DNA from: Eledone cirrhosa
Taxonomy: Eukaryota
Assembly (NCBI GenBank): GCA_964016885.1
Contig: OZ024750.1
Location: forward strand, 53,134,001-53,198,000
Direction: 5' to 3'
DNA length: 64,000 nt
Of the stretch, positions 18,001 through 32,500 are shown in pieces. A program made the position numbers and the translations under genes. Within the stretch, counting starts at the first letter, position 1; each line of letters starts with the position of its first letter. The notes below the pieces were generated by a model that did not search any database, was not told the DNA's origin, and saw nothing but the letters and a program-made list of their open reading frames with translations.

Positions 18001-21000
18001 AGTACTATTATCTCATCACACAAAACAGTACTATTATCTCATCACACACAACAGTACTATTATCTCATTACACACAACAGTACTATTATCTCATCACACA
18101 AAACAGTACTATTATCTCATCACACAAAACAGTACTATTATCTCATTACACACAACAGTACTATTATCTCATCACACAAAACAGTACTATTATCTCATCA
18201 CACAAAACAGTACTATTATCTCACCACACAAAACAGTACTATTATCTCATCACACAAAACAGTACTATTATCTCACCACACAAAACAGTACTATTATCTC
18301 ATCACACACAACAGTACTATTATCTCATCACACAAAACAGTACTATTATCTCATCACACAAAACAGTACTATTATCTCACCACACAAAACAGTACTATTA
18401 TCTCATCACACACAACAGTACTATTATCTCATCACACACAACAGTACTATTATCCCATCACACCCAACAGAACTATTATCTCATCACACACAACAGTACT
18501 ATTATCTCATCACACACAACAGTACTATTATCTCATCACACCCAACAATACCATTATCTCATCACACAAAACAGTACTATTATCTCATCACACAAAACAG
18601 TACTATTATCTCATCACACACAACAGAACTATTATCTCATCACACACAACAGTACTATTATCTCATCACACACAACAATACTATTATCTCATCACACAAA
18701 ACAATACTATTATCTCATCACTCACACAACAGTACTATTATCTCATCACACAAAACAATACTATTATCTCATCACACACAATAGTACTATTATCTCATCA
18801 CACAATAGTACTATTATCTCATCACACAAAACAGTACTATTATCTCATCACACAAAACACTACTATTATCTCATTACACAAAACAGTACTATTATCTCAT
18901 CACACACAACAAGACTATTATCTCATCACACAAAACAAAACTATTATCTCATCACACAAAACAGTACTATTATCTCATCACACACAACAGTACTATTATC
19001 TCATCACACAAAACAATACTATTATCTCATCACACACAACAGTACTATTATTTCATCACACAAAACTGTACTATTATCTCATCACACAAAACAATACTAT
19101 TATCTCATTACACACAACAGTACTATTATCTCATCACACAAAACAGTACTATTATCTCATCACACACAACGGTACTATTATCTCATCACACACAACAATA
19201 CTATTATCTCCACACAAAACAGTACTATTATCTCATTACACACAACAGTACTATTATCTCATCACACACAACAGTACTATTATCTCATCACACAAAACAG
19301 TACTATTATCTCATCACACAAAACAGAACTATTATCTCATTACACAAAACAATACTATTATCTCATCACACACAACAATACTATTATCTCCACACAAAAC
19401 AATACTATTATCTCATTACACACAACAGTACTATTATCTCATCACACAAAACAGTACTATTATCTCATCACACAAAACAGAACTATTATCTCATTACACA
19501 AAACAATACTATTATCTCATCACACACAACAATACTATTATCTCCACACAAAACAATACTATTATCTCATTACACACAACAGTACTATTATCTCATCACA
19601 CAAAACAATACTATTATCTCATCACACAAAACAGAACTATTATCTCATTACACAAAACAATACTATTATCTCATCACACACAACAATACTATTATCTCCA
19701 CACAAAACAGTACTATTATCTCATTACACACAACAGTACTATTATCTCATCACACAAAACAGTACTATTATCTCATCACACAAAACAGTACTATTATCTC
19801 ATCACACAAAACTACTATTATCTCATCACACACAACAGTACTATTATCTCACCACACACAACAGTACTATTATCTCACCACACACAACAGTACTATTATC
19901 CCATCACACACAACAATACTATTATCTCATCACACACAACAATACTATTATCTCATCACACAAAACAGTACTATTATCTCATCACACAAAACAGTACTAT
20001 TATCTCATCACACAAAACAGTACTATTATCTCATCACACAAAACAGTACTATTATCTCATCACACAAAACAATACTATTATCTCATCACACAAAACAGTA
20101 CTATTATCTCATCACACAAAACAGTACTATTATCTCATCACACAAAACAGTACTATTTGTTCATCACACAAAACAGTACTATTATCTCATCACACAAAAC
20201 AGTACTATTATCTCATCACACAAAACAGTACTATTTTCTCATTACACACAACAGTACTTTTATCTCATCACACAAAACAGTACTATTATCTCATCACACA
20301 AAACAGTACTATTATCTCACCACACAAAACAGTACTATTATCTCATCACACAAAACAGTACTATTATCTCACCACACAAAACAGTACTATTATCTCATCA
20401 CACACAACAGTACTATTATCTCATCACACAAAACAGTACTATTATCTCATCACACAAAACAGTACTATTATCTCACCACACAAAACAGTACTATTATCTC
20501 ATCACACACAACAGTACTATTATCTCATCACACACAACAGTACTATTATCCCATCACACCCAACAGAACTATTATCTCATCACACACAACAGTACTATTA
20601 TCTCATCACACACAACACTACTATTATCTCATCACACACAACAATACTATTATCTCATCACACACAACAATACCATTATCTCATCACACAAAACAGTACT
20701 ATTATCTCATCACACAAAACAGTACTATTATCTCATCACACACAACAGAACTATTATCTCATCACACACAACAGTACTATTATCTCATCACACACAACAA
20801 TACTATTATCTCATCACACAAAACAATACTATTATCTCATCACACACACAACAGTACTATTATCTCATCACACAAAACAATACTATTATCTCATCACACA
20901 CAATAGTACTATTATCTCATCACACAATAGTACTATTATCTCATCACACAAAACAGTACTATTATCTCATCACACAAAACACTACTATTATCTCATCACA

Positions 21001-22504
21001 CAAAACAATACTATTTTCTCATCACACAAAACAGTACTATTATCTCATCACACACAACAAGACTATTATCTCATCACGCAAAACAAAACTATTATCTCAT
21101 CACACAAAACAGTACTATTATCTCATCACACACAACAGTACTATTATCTCATCACACAAAACAATACTATTATCTCATCACACACAACAGTACTATTATT
21201 TCATCACACAAAACAGTACTATTATCTCATCACACAAAACAATACTATTATCTCATTACACACAACAGTACTATTATCTCATCACACAAAACAGTACTAT
21301 TATCTCATCACACACAACAGTACTATTATCTCATCACACACAACAATACTATTATCTCCACACAAAACAGTACTATTATCTCATCACACAAAACAATACT
21401 ATTATCTCATCACACACAACAATACTATTATCTCCACACAAAACAGTACTATTATCTCATTACACACAACAGTACTATTATCTCATCACACAAAACAGTA
21501 CTATTATCTCATCACACAAAACAGTACTATTATCTCATCACACAAAACTACTATTATCTCATCACACACAACAGTACTATTATCTCACCACACACAACAG
21601 TACTATTATCTCACCACACACAACAGTACTATTATCCCATCACACACAACAATACTATTATCTCATCACACACAACAATACTATTATCTCATCACACACA
21701 ACAATACTATTATCTCATCACTCAAAACAGTACTATTATCTCATCACACAAAACAGTACTATTATCTCATCACACAAAACAGTACTATTATCTCATCACA
21801 CAAAACAGTACTATTATCTCATCACACAAAACAGTACTATTATCTCATCACACAAAACAATACTATTATCTCATTACACAAAACTACTATTATCTCATCA
21901 CACAAAACAGTACTATTATCTCACCACACACAACAGTACTATTATCTCATCACACACAACAGTACTATTATCTCATCACACAAAACAGTACTATTATCTC
22001 ACCACACACAACAGTACTATTATCTCATCACACAAAACAGTACTATTATCTCATCACACACAACAGTACTATTATCTCACCACACAAAACAGTACTATTA
22101 TCTCTTCACACAAAACAGTACTATTATCTCATTACACACAACAGTACTATTATCTCATCACACAAAACAGTACTATTATCTCATCACACAAAACAGTACT
22201 ATTATCTCACCACACAAAACAGTACTATTATCTCATCACACAAAACAGTACTATTATCTCACCACACAAAACAGTACTATTATCTCATCACACACAACAG
22301 TACTATTATCTCATCACACACAACAGTACTATTATCTCATCACACAAAACAGTACTATTATCTCATCACACAAAACAGTACTATTATCTCATCACACAAA
22401 ACAGTACTATTATCTCATCACACAAAACAGTACTATTATCTCACCACACAAAACAGTACTATTATCTCATCACACACAACAGTACTATTATCTCATCACA
22501 CAAC
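1..22504. repeat. 26-bp satellite array, consensus CATCACACAAAACAGTACTATTATCT, roughly 870 monomers, continuing beyond the window start
   Basis: Directly visible tandem monomers with 21-23 bp deletion variants. Most units contain AGTACT. The array ends abruptly at about 22504. Confidence 0.99.
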
Positions 22505-22804
22505 ATTTGAAGTCTTTACTACATATATTTGCAATGATATAAACATTTGAATTACCAAACCTGTTTCTGAATATTTTCTAAATCATTATAGGACGTTAGG
22601 AATTAACGGAAATCACCACCATCATGCTAATATGGGTTGAATGATATTGTTTTGAGGCTGTTTTTCTATGGACAGATAGCCTTCCTTGTTCCAACCCATA
22701 CCTTATTTATAAGTATGTATGTGTCTGTTAGCCTGTCTGTCAGTCATGAATTCAATCGGGGGTAACCACAGTAAATAAGGTACGCAGAGTATGAACAGCA
22801 TTGT

Positions 22805-23015
22805 TTAACCCTTAAGCACTTACATTACTCTATATATACTTTTGTATTTTCGCAGTAAAGCTCTACCTTGCATAATTATTTCATATAATATTGAATCTGA
22901 GATTTTGATATTATTTGTTTTGAGAACAATACCTTAACATTAGTATGATCGGTTGGTTACAGTCGGCTTGAACAGAAAGAGATGGAAGAATTCGGCTTAA
23001 ATGCTAAAGGGTTAA
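22805..23015. mobile_element. piggyBac-like MITE
   Basis: TTAA-CCCTTAAGCACTTA ... TAAATGCTAAAGGG-TTAA: imperfect TIRs starting with CCC and flanked by TTAA target sites. Confidence 0.7.
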
Positions 23016-23086
23016 TATAGAAATGGCTTCTGCATGACTAGAACGGTTTCATTCATATGAAATCATCAGAAATGCATATATATTAT

Positions 23087-23661
23087 ATATCAATTTAAAA
23101 AACAGAGTTAACAACTCACGTTAATCCCTTATAATTTAATGAGTTCAAGGAATCGATTCCGGGCTCTTTATAAGATAATATATAGAGAAAAATACACAGA
23201 GATATGTGTTGAATTATAGCGGATAGAATACCACCAGAGTGAAGACCATATTGTTTACAAAAGGAATGAAGAATACATACGAATTAAAGGAATAAATTAA
23301 AATGTACAGATGACCCGTTTATAGCTACATCTCCTGGACATGCAGTAAGCATGTTTCGACACAAAGTGTAGATTCCTACCATTGACGGCTTATCAACAGG
23401 TGGATCAACAATACGATCCACATTTCATATATCAGATAACTAGTATATGCTTATGGTGGAAAGAATAGACGTGTGCAGCAGCTGAAAACCATTCAACTTA
23501 AGAAGCTCTACTTACTTATAGAAATGAATCAGGAGCCAATATATCAAATTAAAAAATGGAGTTAAAGACTCCGGTTAATCCCCTATAATTTTATGAACTC
23601 AAGAAATCGATTCCGATGCGTCTTTAACTCCGTTTTTTAATTTGATATATTGGTTCCTGAT
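23087..23661. mobile_element. Decayed Penelope/retrozyme-like unit: diverged direct repeat plus terminal inverted repeat
   Basis: 23087-23170 resembles 23541-23626 (period about 454 bp). 42-bp inverted arms at 23528-23569 and 23620-23661. A degenerate hammerhead-like motif lies on the minus strand near 23345-23400. Confidence 0.5.
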
Positions 23662-23709
23662 ATATATATATATATATATACACACACATATATATATTCA
23701 GCATTTCTT

Positions 23710-24795
23710 TTTCTTCTTCGCCCACTTATTTCTAAGAGGGTCATGGTGGGAGAGTCCTCAAACAATCCTTCTAGCAGGTCCTGTCAGAAGCAAATGTCCC
23801 AACTGATCTGGCTGGATTTCTAAGCAAGACTAGCCAAGCTCATGGATGTTATCCAACGATCTTGCTTGGGGTCTTGTATTTGCAATCATATTCTTTTGGT
23901 CATTACCCAACATTCATGACCACAGGAAAGGGTTGGTAGAAATACTGAATTGAAGCTGACACTGCACCAGCTCCTGCAATTCTTGCACTTAATTTAGCCT
24001 CTTGCCTTCCATCACTCCTGAACACGGCCCCTAGATACATGAACTTGAACCTAGATACATGAACTTGAACCTGCTTCAGTGGAACTCACATGTACACATA
24101 CACATACACATACATGTACATACATACATACATACATACATACATACATACATACATACATACATACATACATACATACATACATGGTGGCTGCCAACTC
24201 GTTTTCGAGTACGGCCACTACTTTATATCCATGTAGGAGAACCCCTACCAATGCGCTGAACGAGTGTGACTTTTTAGTCCAGCCAGCGACTTGAAAACTC
24301 TGGTACAAACACTACACTTGTGACAATTACTGACACATAGTGGTGGGCCCATGGTACCATGTGACGACAAGTGCAGAGAGATCTCCAGATATAAAGCAAT
24401 GCCTGTGCCGTGAAGCTTTTATAGTGAGCAAAGGCACTGCACAAAGCCAGTCCCACTCTCTTAACCAAGATGATATTTACCAAAAAGAAGAACAAGTCAA
24501 CATCATTGGATACCATCAGGGTTGCAGGTGTTATATCAGAGTTTTCCTTCTCCTAGAATTCTGCCTTGACAAAGGCTAAGGGGTCATCTCTCCCGGTGAT
24601 TTTGGATGGCCATTGACTCTTAAGAGCTCCTTTGCCCTTTGACAGGTTTTGTTTTTAGTCCTGCAGGATGTCCAAAGTCACCCTCCTCACCAAGAAACCT
24701 TGGTGGGGTTGCCAGTTTAGTCGCCAACGACCCGACCATGGGACAGGTAGTACCGGGATACATGTTACCAGTAGCACCAACTGGTGACCTGACAT
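23710..24795 (-). mobile_element. Degenerate, internally deleted RTE-type LINE remnant interrupted by (TACA)n
   Basis: The minus strand translates to FKFMYLGAVFRSDGRQEAKLSARIAGAGAV, WVMTKRI and RPQARSLDNI, matching recalled RTE RT C-terminal motifs (FKYLG, WVMT, GRPRxRW). Stops and frameshifts are present. Confidence 0.7.
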
Positions 24796-24797
24796 AA

Positions 24798-24990
24798 ACA
24801 TACATACATACATACATACATACATACATACATACATACATACATACATACATACATACATACATACATACATACATACATACATACATACATACTCACA
24901 CATACATACATACATACATACATACTCACACATACATACATACATACATACTCACACATACATACACACATACCCACTCATACATACATA
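24798..24990. repeat. (CATA)n microsatellite
   Basis: Directly visible; a second tract lies at about 24095-24185. Confidence 0.97.
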
Positions 24991-25504
24991 TGTAATATTT
25001 TTCAGGACAAAACAAATAAGACTGGTTTCTTTCAGGTCAGGTCGGAAGTGCATTTAAGGTTGGCTATATACAGGGATGACCTGATATATGTGGTGTATAT
25101 GACCTGATATATATGTGTGTTATATATATATATATAGTTGATAAATGAAACAAACAAAACACAAGTGGCAATTTTTACACAGTTATATTATGTTCACGCT
25201 TGATGGAAGTGGAGGCAACATTTCGGACAGAAGTCCTTCGTCAAAGGGAAGGGATAGATAAAGCAGGAAATACATAGAAGAAAATAAATACAAATTGAAA
25301 TTAAAAAAAAAAAATGTATAGAAGAATAATTAGGAAGAGGAGTCACAGCAAATTGGAGCAGTGCAGGAGCAGGGCAAAGGTTGGCAATCCTAAATATATA
25401 TATATATGCACGGACGCATCGCACCGTGCTCACGCGCGCACACACACCCACACACCACACACGTCATCGTCATCGTCAATACCATTTTTTTTTTTTTTTT
25501 TTTG

Positions 25505-26530
25505 AAGAGATAAAAAACATGTTACAATTTAATTGAGGAGAAAAAGTCATGTAGGTCCATTTCAAGACCCTCAAAGTATTTGCAGTGTTTTCCATTAATA
25601 CAATGTTGCAGATATTGGAATAAATGATAATCTGAAGGAGCAAGGTCAGGAGAATATGGCGGATGTGGAAGCCTTTTCCAGGCACGTTCTTCAATCGTGG
25701 AACATACACTGCGAGGTCAGGCCTTCTCATGGAAAATAACACCCTTTTCATTGGTGTATTCACAGTACACTTGAGCTGTGATTGTCTGATTTTGCAGCAA
25801 GCTGAAGTTTCAATGTTTATTACTCCTGTCATATCCCACCAAATGCTTCACAAAACTTTGACGATGATCTTCTTTTCAATGTGATTTTACTTGTTGTCCT
25901 GATAGAAGCCACTACAGTCGGCATTTAACATTCTTATAGAGTATCCACTTTTCATCACAAGTTACAAGACAGTTTAAAAATGGACACTTGCACTCTCAAG
26001 AATGAAGAGCAGTGCAGATGCTGTGGCATTGTCTTCGATTGTTTTCACTCAGTTCATGTAAAATCTACTTGCCAAAATTTGATGGTATTGGATGGTTGAT
26101 GCCACTGAATTAACCTCTTCTAAATCTTTAACAGTTGCATGGGGATTTGTTTTCAATATCTGCTTTCAGCATATTATCAAGAGATATAGTGCCCAGAATA
26201 ATGGCTACCATCCAAGTCAAACTACCTTTGTTGTGATTTATTGAAACATCATTGGAACTTATGAACATTCAAAACATCTTCACCGTACACTTTTTGTAAA
26301 TGTTTTACAGTATTTGTAGCACTGTTTTCTTTTTTAAACTTGTAAAGCATGGCATGTCTTATGTGCTTTTCTGGAAAGATTATTAAATCAACAAATTAAA
26401 ACTTGTCTACAAGCCAGAAATTTCACAGCATTTCTACAACTGTGAAGCAATCTTATTTAAACAGGCTGGAACATATTTTAAAATGCACAGCTTAAAAATA
26501 CGACATTATTTGTGAGATGATCACCTTATA
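25505..26530 (-). pseudogene. mariner (Tc1/mariner) transposase pseudogene with the 5' TIR near 26495-26530
   Basis: Minus strand gives N-terminal EKHIRHAMLYKFKK..KVYGED, catalytic LVTCDEKWILYKN and PHPPYSPDLAPSDYHLF motifs, with frameshifts and stops. Confidence 0.93.
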
Positions 26531-26753
26531 TATGTCATTATCACCGTTTAAAGTCTATTTTTCCATGCTTGCATGGGCCAGACGGGTTGTCCATGTTATG
26601 AGACTGTATTATGGTGGGATTTTTATGGCTGTTGGATGCCCTTCCTAACACCAACCACTTTTAATATGAGTATCTTGGTCAGCTTATGAACTTTTCTGTC
26701 GATTCTCGTATATTTTTAGTGTGACCCAGTCATATATATATATATATATATAT

Positions 26754-27831
26754 ACTAGCATTAAAGCCTGGCGTTGCTCGGGGTCATTAAGTTACCAAAG
26801 TTAGGTTGCACCACCCATTTTATGGCAGCACTTTTTTGTCTGCCAGGCACTGGGTGAATGAATTGCAGACCTGGAAGCATGAGCTGCGCCAGCAGTGACA
26901 ATTGTAGTTTCGCCTATGGATATTATCTCTGTGCAAAAAAGTGTTGAAATTTATTGTTTCACAGTACTTGCGCAACACGCGCGTAGACGATGCCAGCCGA
27001 ACAACAGAGCTGCGATGGAGTTGTTCTGCATGATTGTCTGTGTGTTTTCTAAATTTAAGACAGTAGGGAGGGTTGTGATATGAGGGAGAGTTAGCTGTTG
27101 TTTCTAGCAGGTTTAGTGACCTCATAGAGGATATGTGTTTTCTAAATTTAAGACAGTAGGGAGTGGTGTGATATGAGGGAGAGTTAGCTGCTGTTTCTAG
27201 CAGGTTTAGTGACCTCATAGAAGATATGTTTTCTAAATTTAAGACAGTAGGGAGGGGTGTGGTATGGGGGAGAGTTAGCTGCTGTTTCTAGCAGGTTTAG
27301 TGACCTCATAGAGGATATTATTGTTTATCTACTTATATATATAACCAGCAATTTCTCTGTCTGTCTATCCGACAGTGGAAACACGTGCGTAGAGAGAGTG
27401 AAAGAAAGAGACAGACTACGAGAGGGGGATAGCGGGAGGGAGAGAGAGAGTGAATAGACGCTAAAACACGTGCTACAGAAACATTACCTTCCCCTCTCCA
27501 CTGACTTTGGTCACTGAGGCCGAGGGAATCACGCTGAGCGCATCATATTGACGTAATGCAGACAGCCAGACATACAGACAGATATTATAAGGGCTCAACG
27601 TTATATCTATGTATCTATCTAAAAAGAAAGACTAAGAATTATATAGAGAGAACGCTAAATCGCCTAATGCGGTCCCTAGGGCATTGAACATTTGAAATAA
27701 TTTTTGCTCAAAACACTCACAGGACCATAAGTATTACATGTATGTCTAAAGTTTGAAAACAATCGGTTGGATGGTTCTCAAGTTTTAGTGAGCTGACAGA
27801 CAGACAGACATTCTCTGTTTTAGATATATAG
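26754..27831 (+). mobile_element. Non-autonomous Helitron/Helentron-type (HINE/DINE-like) element
   Basis: Begins ACTAGCATTAAAGCCTGGCGTTGCTCGGG after a (TA)n tract, has internal tandem repeats, and ends with (GACA)n then TTTAGATATATAG. This matches the recalled HINE architecture. Confidence 0.55.
27041..27316. repeat. Three tandem copies of a 91-93 bp unit
   Basis: TGTTTTCTAAATTTAAGACAGTAGGGAG... recurs at about 27043, 27136 and 27227. Confidence 0.95.
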
Positions 27832-28619
27832 GGTGGTTTTCTGCTAGTCATTATCTATAAAAGGCAGATTGTTGTTGTTGTTGAAGTGAGTGTGTGCTTG
27901 TATGCGTTTGGAAAAGAGGTTTTAAAAAAGATTTAACGCTTGTTGAATAAATGTATCTGTTGCTTTTGAATAATTGTCGTTTTGTATGAAATGTAATAAT
28001 TGTTTCTACGATTTTGGCACAGGGCCAGCAATTACCCAGTACATTACTGGTACTTTATGTAATAATAAACGTTCTCTATCTCTCTCACTCTCTTCTCTCT
28101 CTCTCTTCGGCAATCACGCACGTTGTCAGATGATATGAGTGAGTAAAACGGACAGTATCACCATCAAGCTTGGAAAGAGAAAGTAGCAGAAAGTATGAAG
28201 TTGTATAGATTTTGAATGGTAGTGGAAAGAGTTTAGCAGTTTAAATGGCAGAGGAAAATCGTAAAATATTGAGTTTTATCTATTTTTTTGCGTAATTGTG
28301 GGTGAAATTGAAAAAAATTAGATGTGCCAAGACGCAATCGATGCTATTTCGAATACTGAATTGTAAATTTCAATTGAAGAAATTCTATATCGTAGATTTC
28401 TATAAGAAAGGAGCATGACCACACACTGAGCTTTATAGATTGATATATATATATATATATGGAATGACTAAACGAGGTTTATATATATATTTATTGCTCA
28501 TCTTAGACAGTACATCCTGAGGTGTAGCAATGTGGAACATAAGAAAAAAATCGTTACTCTTTGCCTTTAAACATCGTCAATATGCAGAAGCTGATAGACG
28601 TACAATATACATATAATGG

Positions 28620-28781
28620 GCTTCGACACAATTTTTTTTGTACCAAATTCATTCACAGAGCATTGGGTTGTCTTCAGGCTCTACTAGAATACACTTGCAC
28701 ATGGTGCCATGAAACTCCATGGAACCTGGAATGACATGGTTGCAAAACAAGCATTTTAACCACACAGCCATGCCTGCACCT
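28620..28781 (-). mobile_element. tRNA-derived SINE (Octopus OR-like head), decayed
   Basis: The minus strand begins AGGTGCAGGCATGGCTGTGTGGTTAAAATGCTTG, an A-box-like head. Confidence 0.6.
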
Positions 28782-29588
28782 AAACCCATTAATAGCTGTA
28801 TATAGTTCTACAACTGCTTAACAGTTTTTGTTCTGGTTCTTTATGTTCTGAGTTCAAATTCCACCAAAGTCAACTTTGTCATTCATCCTTCCAAAGTTGA
28901 GAAAATAATGTACCAATTAAAGACTGGGCTTGATGTAATTGACCTTCACCCTGTTGGCCTTGTGCCAAAATTAGGAACTATTGTCATCATTAATTCATTA
29001 CATATATTTAGATATTCTTTAGATGATATATCAATTTAAAATATTTTATTCTCGATAAAGAAGAGATTTAAAAAAAAGTTATTTTAGATTTATTCTGACT
29101 CTGGTTATTACATGTATTAAATTTAACCTTTTAAACTTATTGAAATCTTTATAGAAACACAATCAAGAGCTCTTAGAATTAAATTTTTGTAAATTTGTAT
29201 TACAAGTTAAAATATTGTTAATGTTCCTAAGTGAAAAGTCATTAATAGCATGGAATGTTAATGAGGGTTTTTAGATTGTCTGTCTTTAATGTTTACATTT
29301 TCATTTCCTTTTACCCTCTTGTATTGCATTCATTTTTCTCTGCATTGATATCTGTATTATCAACATTTGCCTTTTATCCTTACGGGGTCGATAAAATAAA
29401 GTACCAGTAATGCACTGGGGAATTTGCTGGCCTTGTGCCAAAAAGTAGAAACAATTATTATTAGTGGAAGTAGAATCAGTATTGTTTGGGTTCTTGCTGA
29501 GGTCAAGTTCATCCTCCTGGGGTTGATAAAGAAGTAACTTTAATTTAACCACAACACCCTTCAGCCACAACAAATTCTGGCTGTTAGA

Positions 29589-32500
29589 CAGTCACAGGTT
29601 ATGACACAATAGACTGCAGGTCTCGCCCCAGTCACAGGCTAGAACACAATAAACTGTAGGTCTCACCCCAGTCACAAGTTAGAACACAATAGACTGTAGG
29701 TCTCACCCCAGTCACAAGTTAGAACACGATAGACAGTAGGTCTCACCCCAGTCACAAGTTAGAACACAATAGACTGCAGGTCTCGCCCCAGTCACAGGCT
29801 AGAACACAATAGACAGTACGTTTCACCCCAGTCACGAGTTAGAACACAATAGACAGTAAGTCTCACCCCAGTCACAAGTTAGAACACAATAGACTGTAGG
29901 TCTCACCCCAGTCACAAGTTAGAACACAATAGACTGTAGGTCTCACCCCAGTCACAAGTTAGAACACAATAGACTGCAGGTCTCGCCCCAGTCACAGGCT
30001 AGAACACAATAAACTGTAGGTCTCACCCCAGTCACAAGTTAGAACAATAGACTGTAGGTCTCACCCCAGTCACAAGTTAGAACACAATAGACTGCAGGTC
30101 TCGCCCCAGTCACAGGCTAGAACACAATAAACTGTAGGTCTCACCCCAGTCACAAGTTAGAACACAATAGACTGTAGGTCTCACCCCAGTCACAAGTTAG
30201 AACACAATAGACTGCAGGTCTCGCCCCAGTCACAGGCTAGAACACAATAAACTGTAGGTCTCACCCCAGTCACAAGTTAGAACACAATAGACAGTACGTT
30301 TCACCCCAGTCACGAGTTAGAACACAATAGACTGTAGGTCTCACCCCAGTCACAAGTTAGAACACAATAGACAGTAAGTCTCACCCCAGTCACAAGTTAG
30401 AACACAATAGACTGTAGGTCTCACCCCAGTCACAAGTTAGAACACAATAGACAGTACGTTTCACCCCAGTCACGAGTTAGAACACAATAAACTGTAGGTC
30501 TCACCCCAGTCACAAGTTAGAACACAATAGACAGTAAGTCTCACCCCAGTCACAAGTTAGAACACAATAGACTGTAGGTCTCACCCCAGTCACAAGTTAG
30601 AACACGATAGACAGTAGGTCTCACCCCAGTCACAAGTTAGAACAATAGACTGTAGGTCTCACCCCAGTCACAAGTTAGAACACAATAGACTGCAGGTCTC
30701 ATCCCAGTCACAAGTTAGAACACGATAGACAGTAGGTCTCACCCCAGTCATAAGTAAGTTAGAACAATAGACTGTAGGTCTCACCCCAGTCACAAGTTAG
30801 AACACAATAGACTGCAGGTCTCACCCCAGTCACAAGTTAGAACACGATAGACAGTAGGTCTCACCCCAGTCACAGGTTAGAACACAATAGACTGTAGGTC
30901 TCACCCCAGTCACAAGTTAGAACACGATAGACAGTAGGTCTCACCCCAGTCACAAGTTAGAACAATAGACTGTAGGTCTCACCCCAGTCACAAGTTAGAA
31001 CAATAGACTGTAGGTCTCACCCCAGTCACAAGTTAGAACACAATAGACTGCAGGTCTCACCCCAGTCACAAGTTAGAACACGATAGACAGTAGGTCTCAC
31101 CCCAGTCACAAGTTAGAACAATAGACTGTAGGTCTCACCCCAGTCACAAGTTAGAACACAATAGACTGCAGGTCTCACCCCAGTCACAAGTTAGAACACG
31201 ATAGACAGTAGGTCTCACCCCAGTCACAGGTTAGAACACAATAGACTGTAGGTCTCACCCCAGTCACAAGTTAGAACACGATAGACAGTAGGTCTCACCC
31301 CAGTCACAAGTTAGAACAATAGACTGTAGGTCTCACCCCAGTCACAAGTTAGAACACAATAGACTGCAGGTCTCACCCCAGTCACAAGTTAGAACACGAT
31401 AGACAGTAGGTCTCACCCCAGTCACAAGTTAGAACACAATAGACTGTAGGTCTCACCCCAGTCACAAGTTAGAACACGATAGACTGCAGGTCTCACCCCA
31501 GTCACAGGTTAGAACACAATAGACAGTAGGTCTCACCCCAGTCACAAGTTAGAACACAATAGACAGTACGTTTCACCCCAGTCACGAGTTAGAACACAAT
31601 AGACAGTAAGTCTCACCCCAGTCACAAGTTAGAACACAATAGACTGTAGGTCTCACCCCAGTCACAAGTTAGAACACAATAGACAGTAGGTCTCACCCCA
31701 GTCACAAGTTAGAACACAATAGACTAGGTCTCACCACAGTCACAAGTTAGAACACAAAAGACTAGGTCTCACCCCAGTCACAAGTTAGAACATAATAGAC
31801 TGTAGGTCTCACCCCAGTCACAGGTTAGAACAATAGACTGTAGGTCTCACCCCAGTCACAAGTTAGAACACAATAGACTGTAGGTCTCACCCCAGTCACA
31901 AGTTAGAACACAATAGACTGTAGGTCTCACCCCAGTCACAAGTTAGAACACAATAGACTGTAGGTCTCACCCCAGTCACAAGTTAGAACACAATAGACTG
32001 TAGGTCTCACCCCAGTCACAGGTTAGAACACAATAGACAGTAGGTCTCATCCGAGTCACAGGTTAGAACACAATAGACAGTAGGTCTCACCCCAGTCACA
32101 AGTTAGAACACAATAGACAGTAAGTCTCACCCGAGTCACAGGTTAGAACACAATAGACAGTAGGTCTCACCCCAGTCACAAGTTAGAAGACAATAGACAG
32201 TAGGTCTCACCCCAGTCACAGGTTAGAACACAATAGACCATAGGTCTCACTCCAGTCACAGGTTAGAACCCAATAGACAGTAGGTCTAACCCCAGTCACA
32301 AGTTAGAACACAATAAACTGTAGGTCTCACCCCAGTCACAAGTTAGAACACAATAGACTGTAGGTCTCACCCCAGTCACAAGTTAGAACACGATAGACTG
32401 CAGGTCTCACCCCAGTCACAGGTTAGAACACAATAGACAGTAGGTCTCACCCCAGTCACAAGTTAGAACACAATAGACAGTACGTTTCACCCCAGTCACG

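Noticed and set aside
742-20906. Long ORFs of up to 1733 aa (HHTKQYYYLITQNSTIISSHKTVLLS repeats)
   Set aside because: The 26-bp monomer has no stop codon in any + frame. Overlapping ORFs give the same peptide in all frames, and indels are not frame-preserving.
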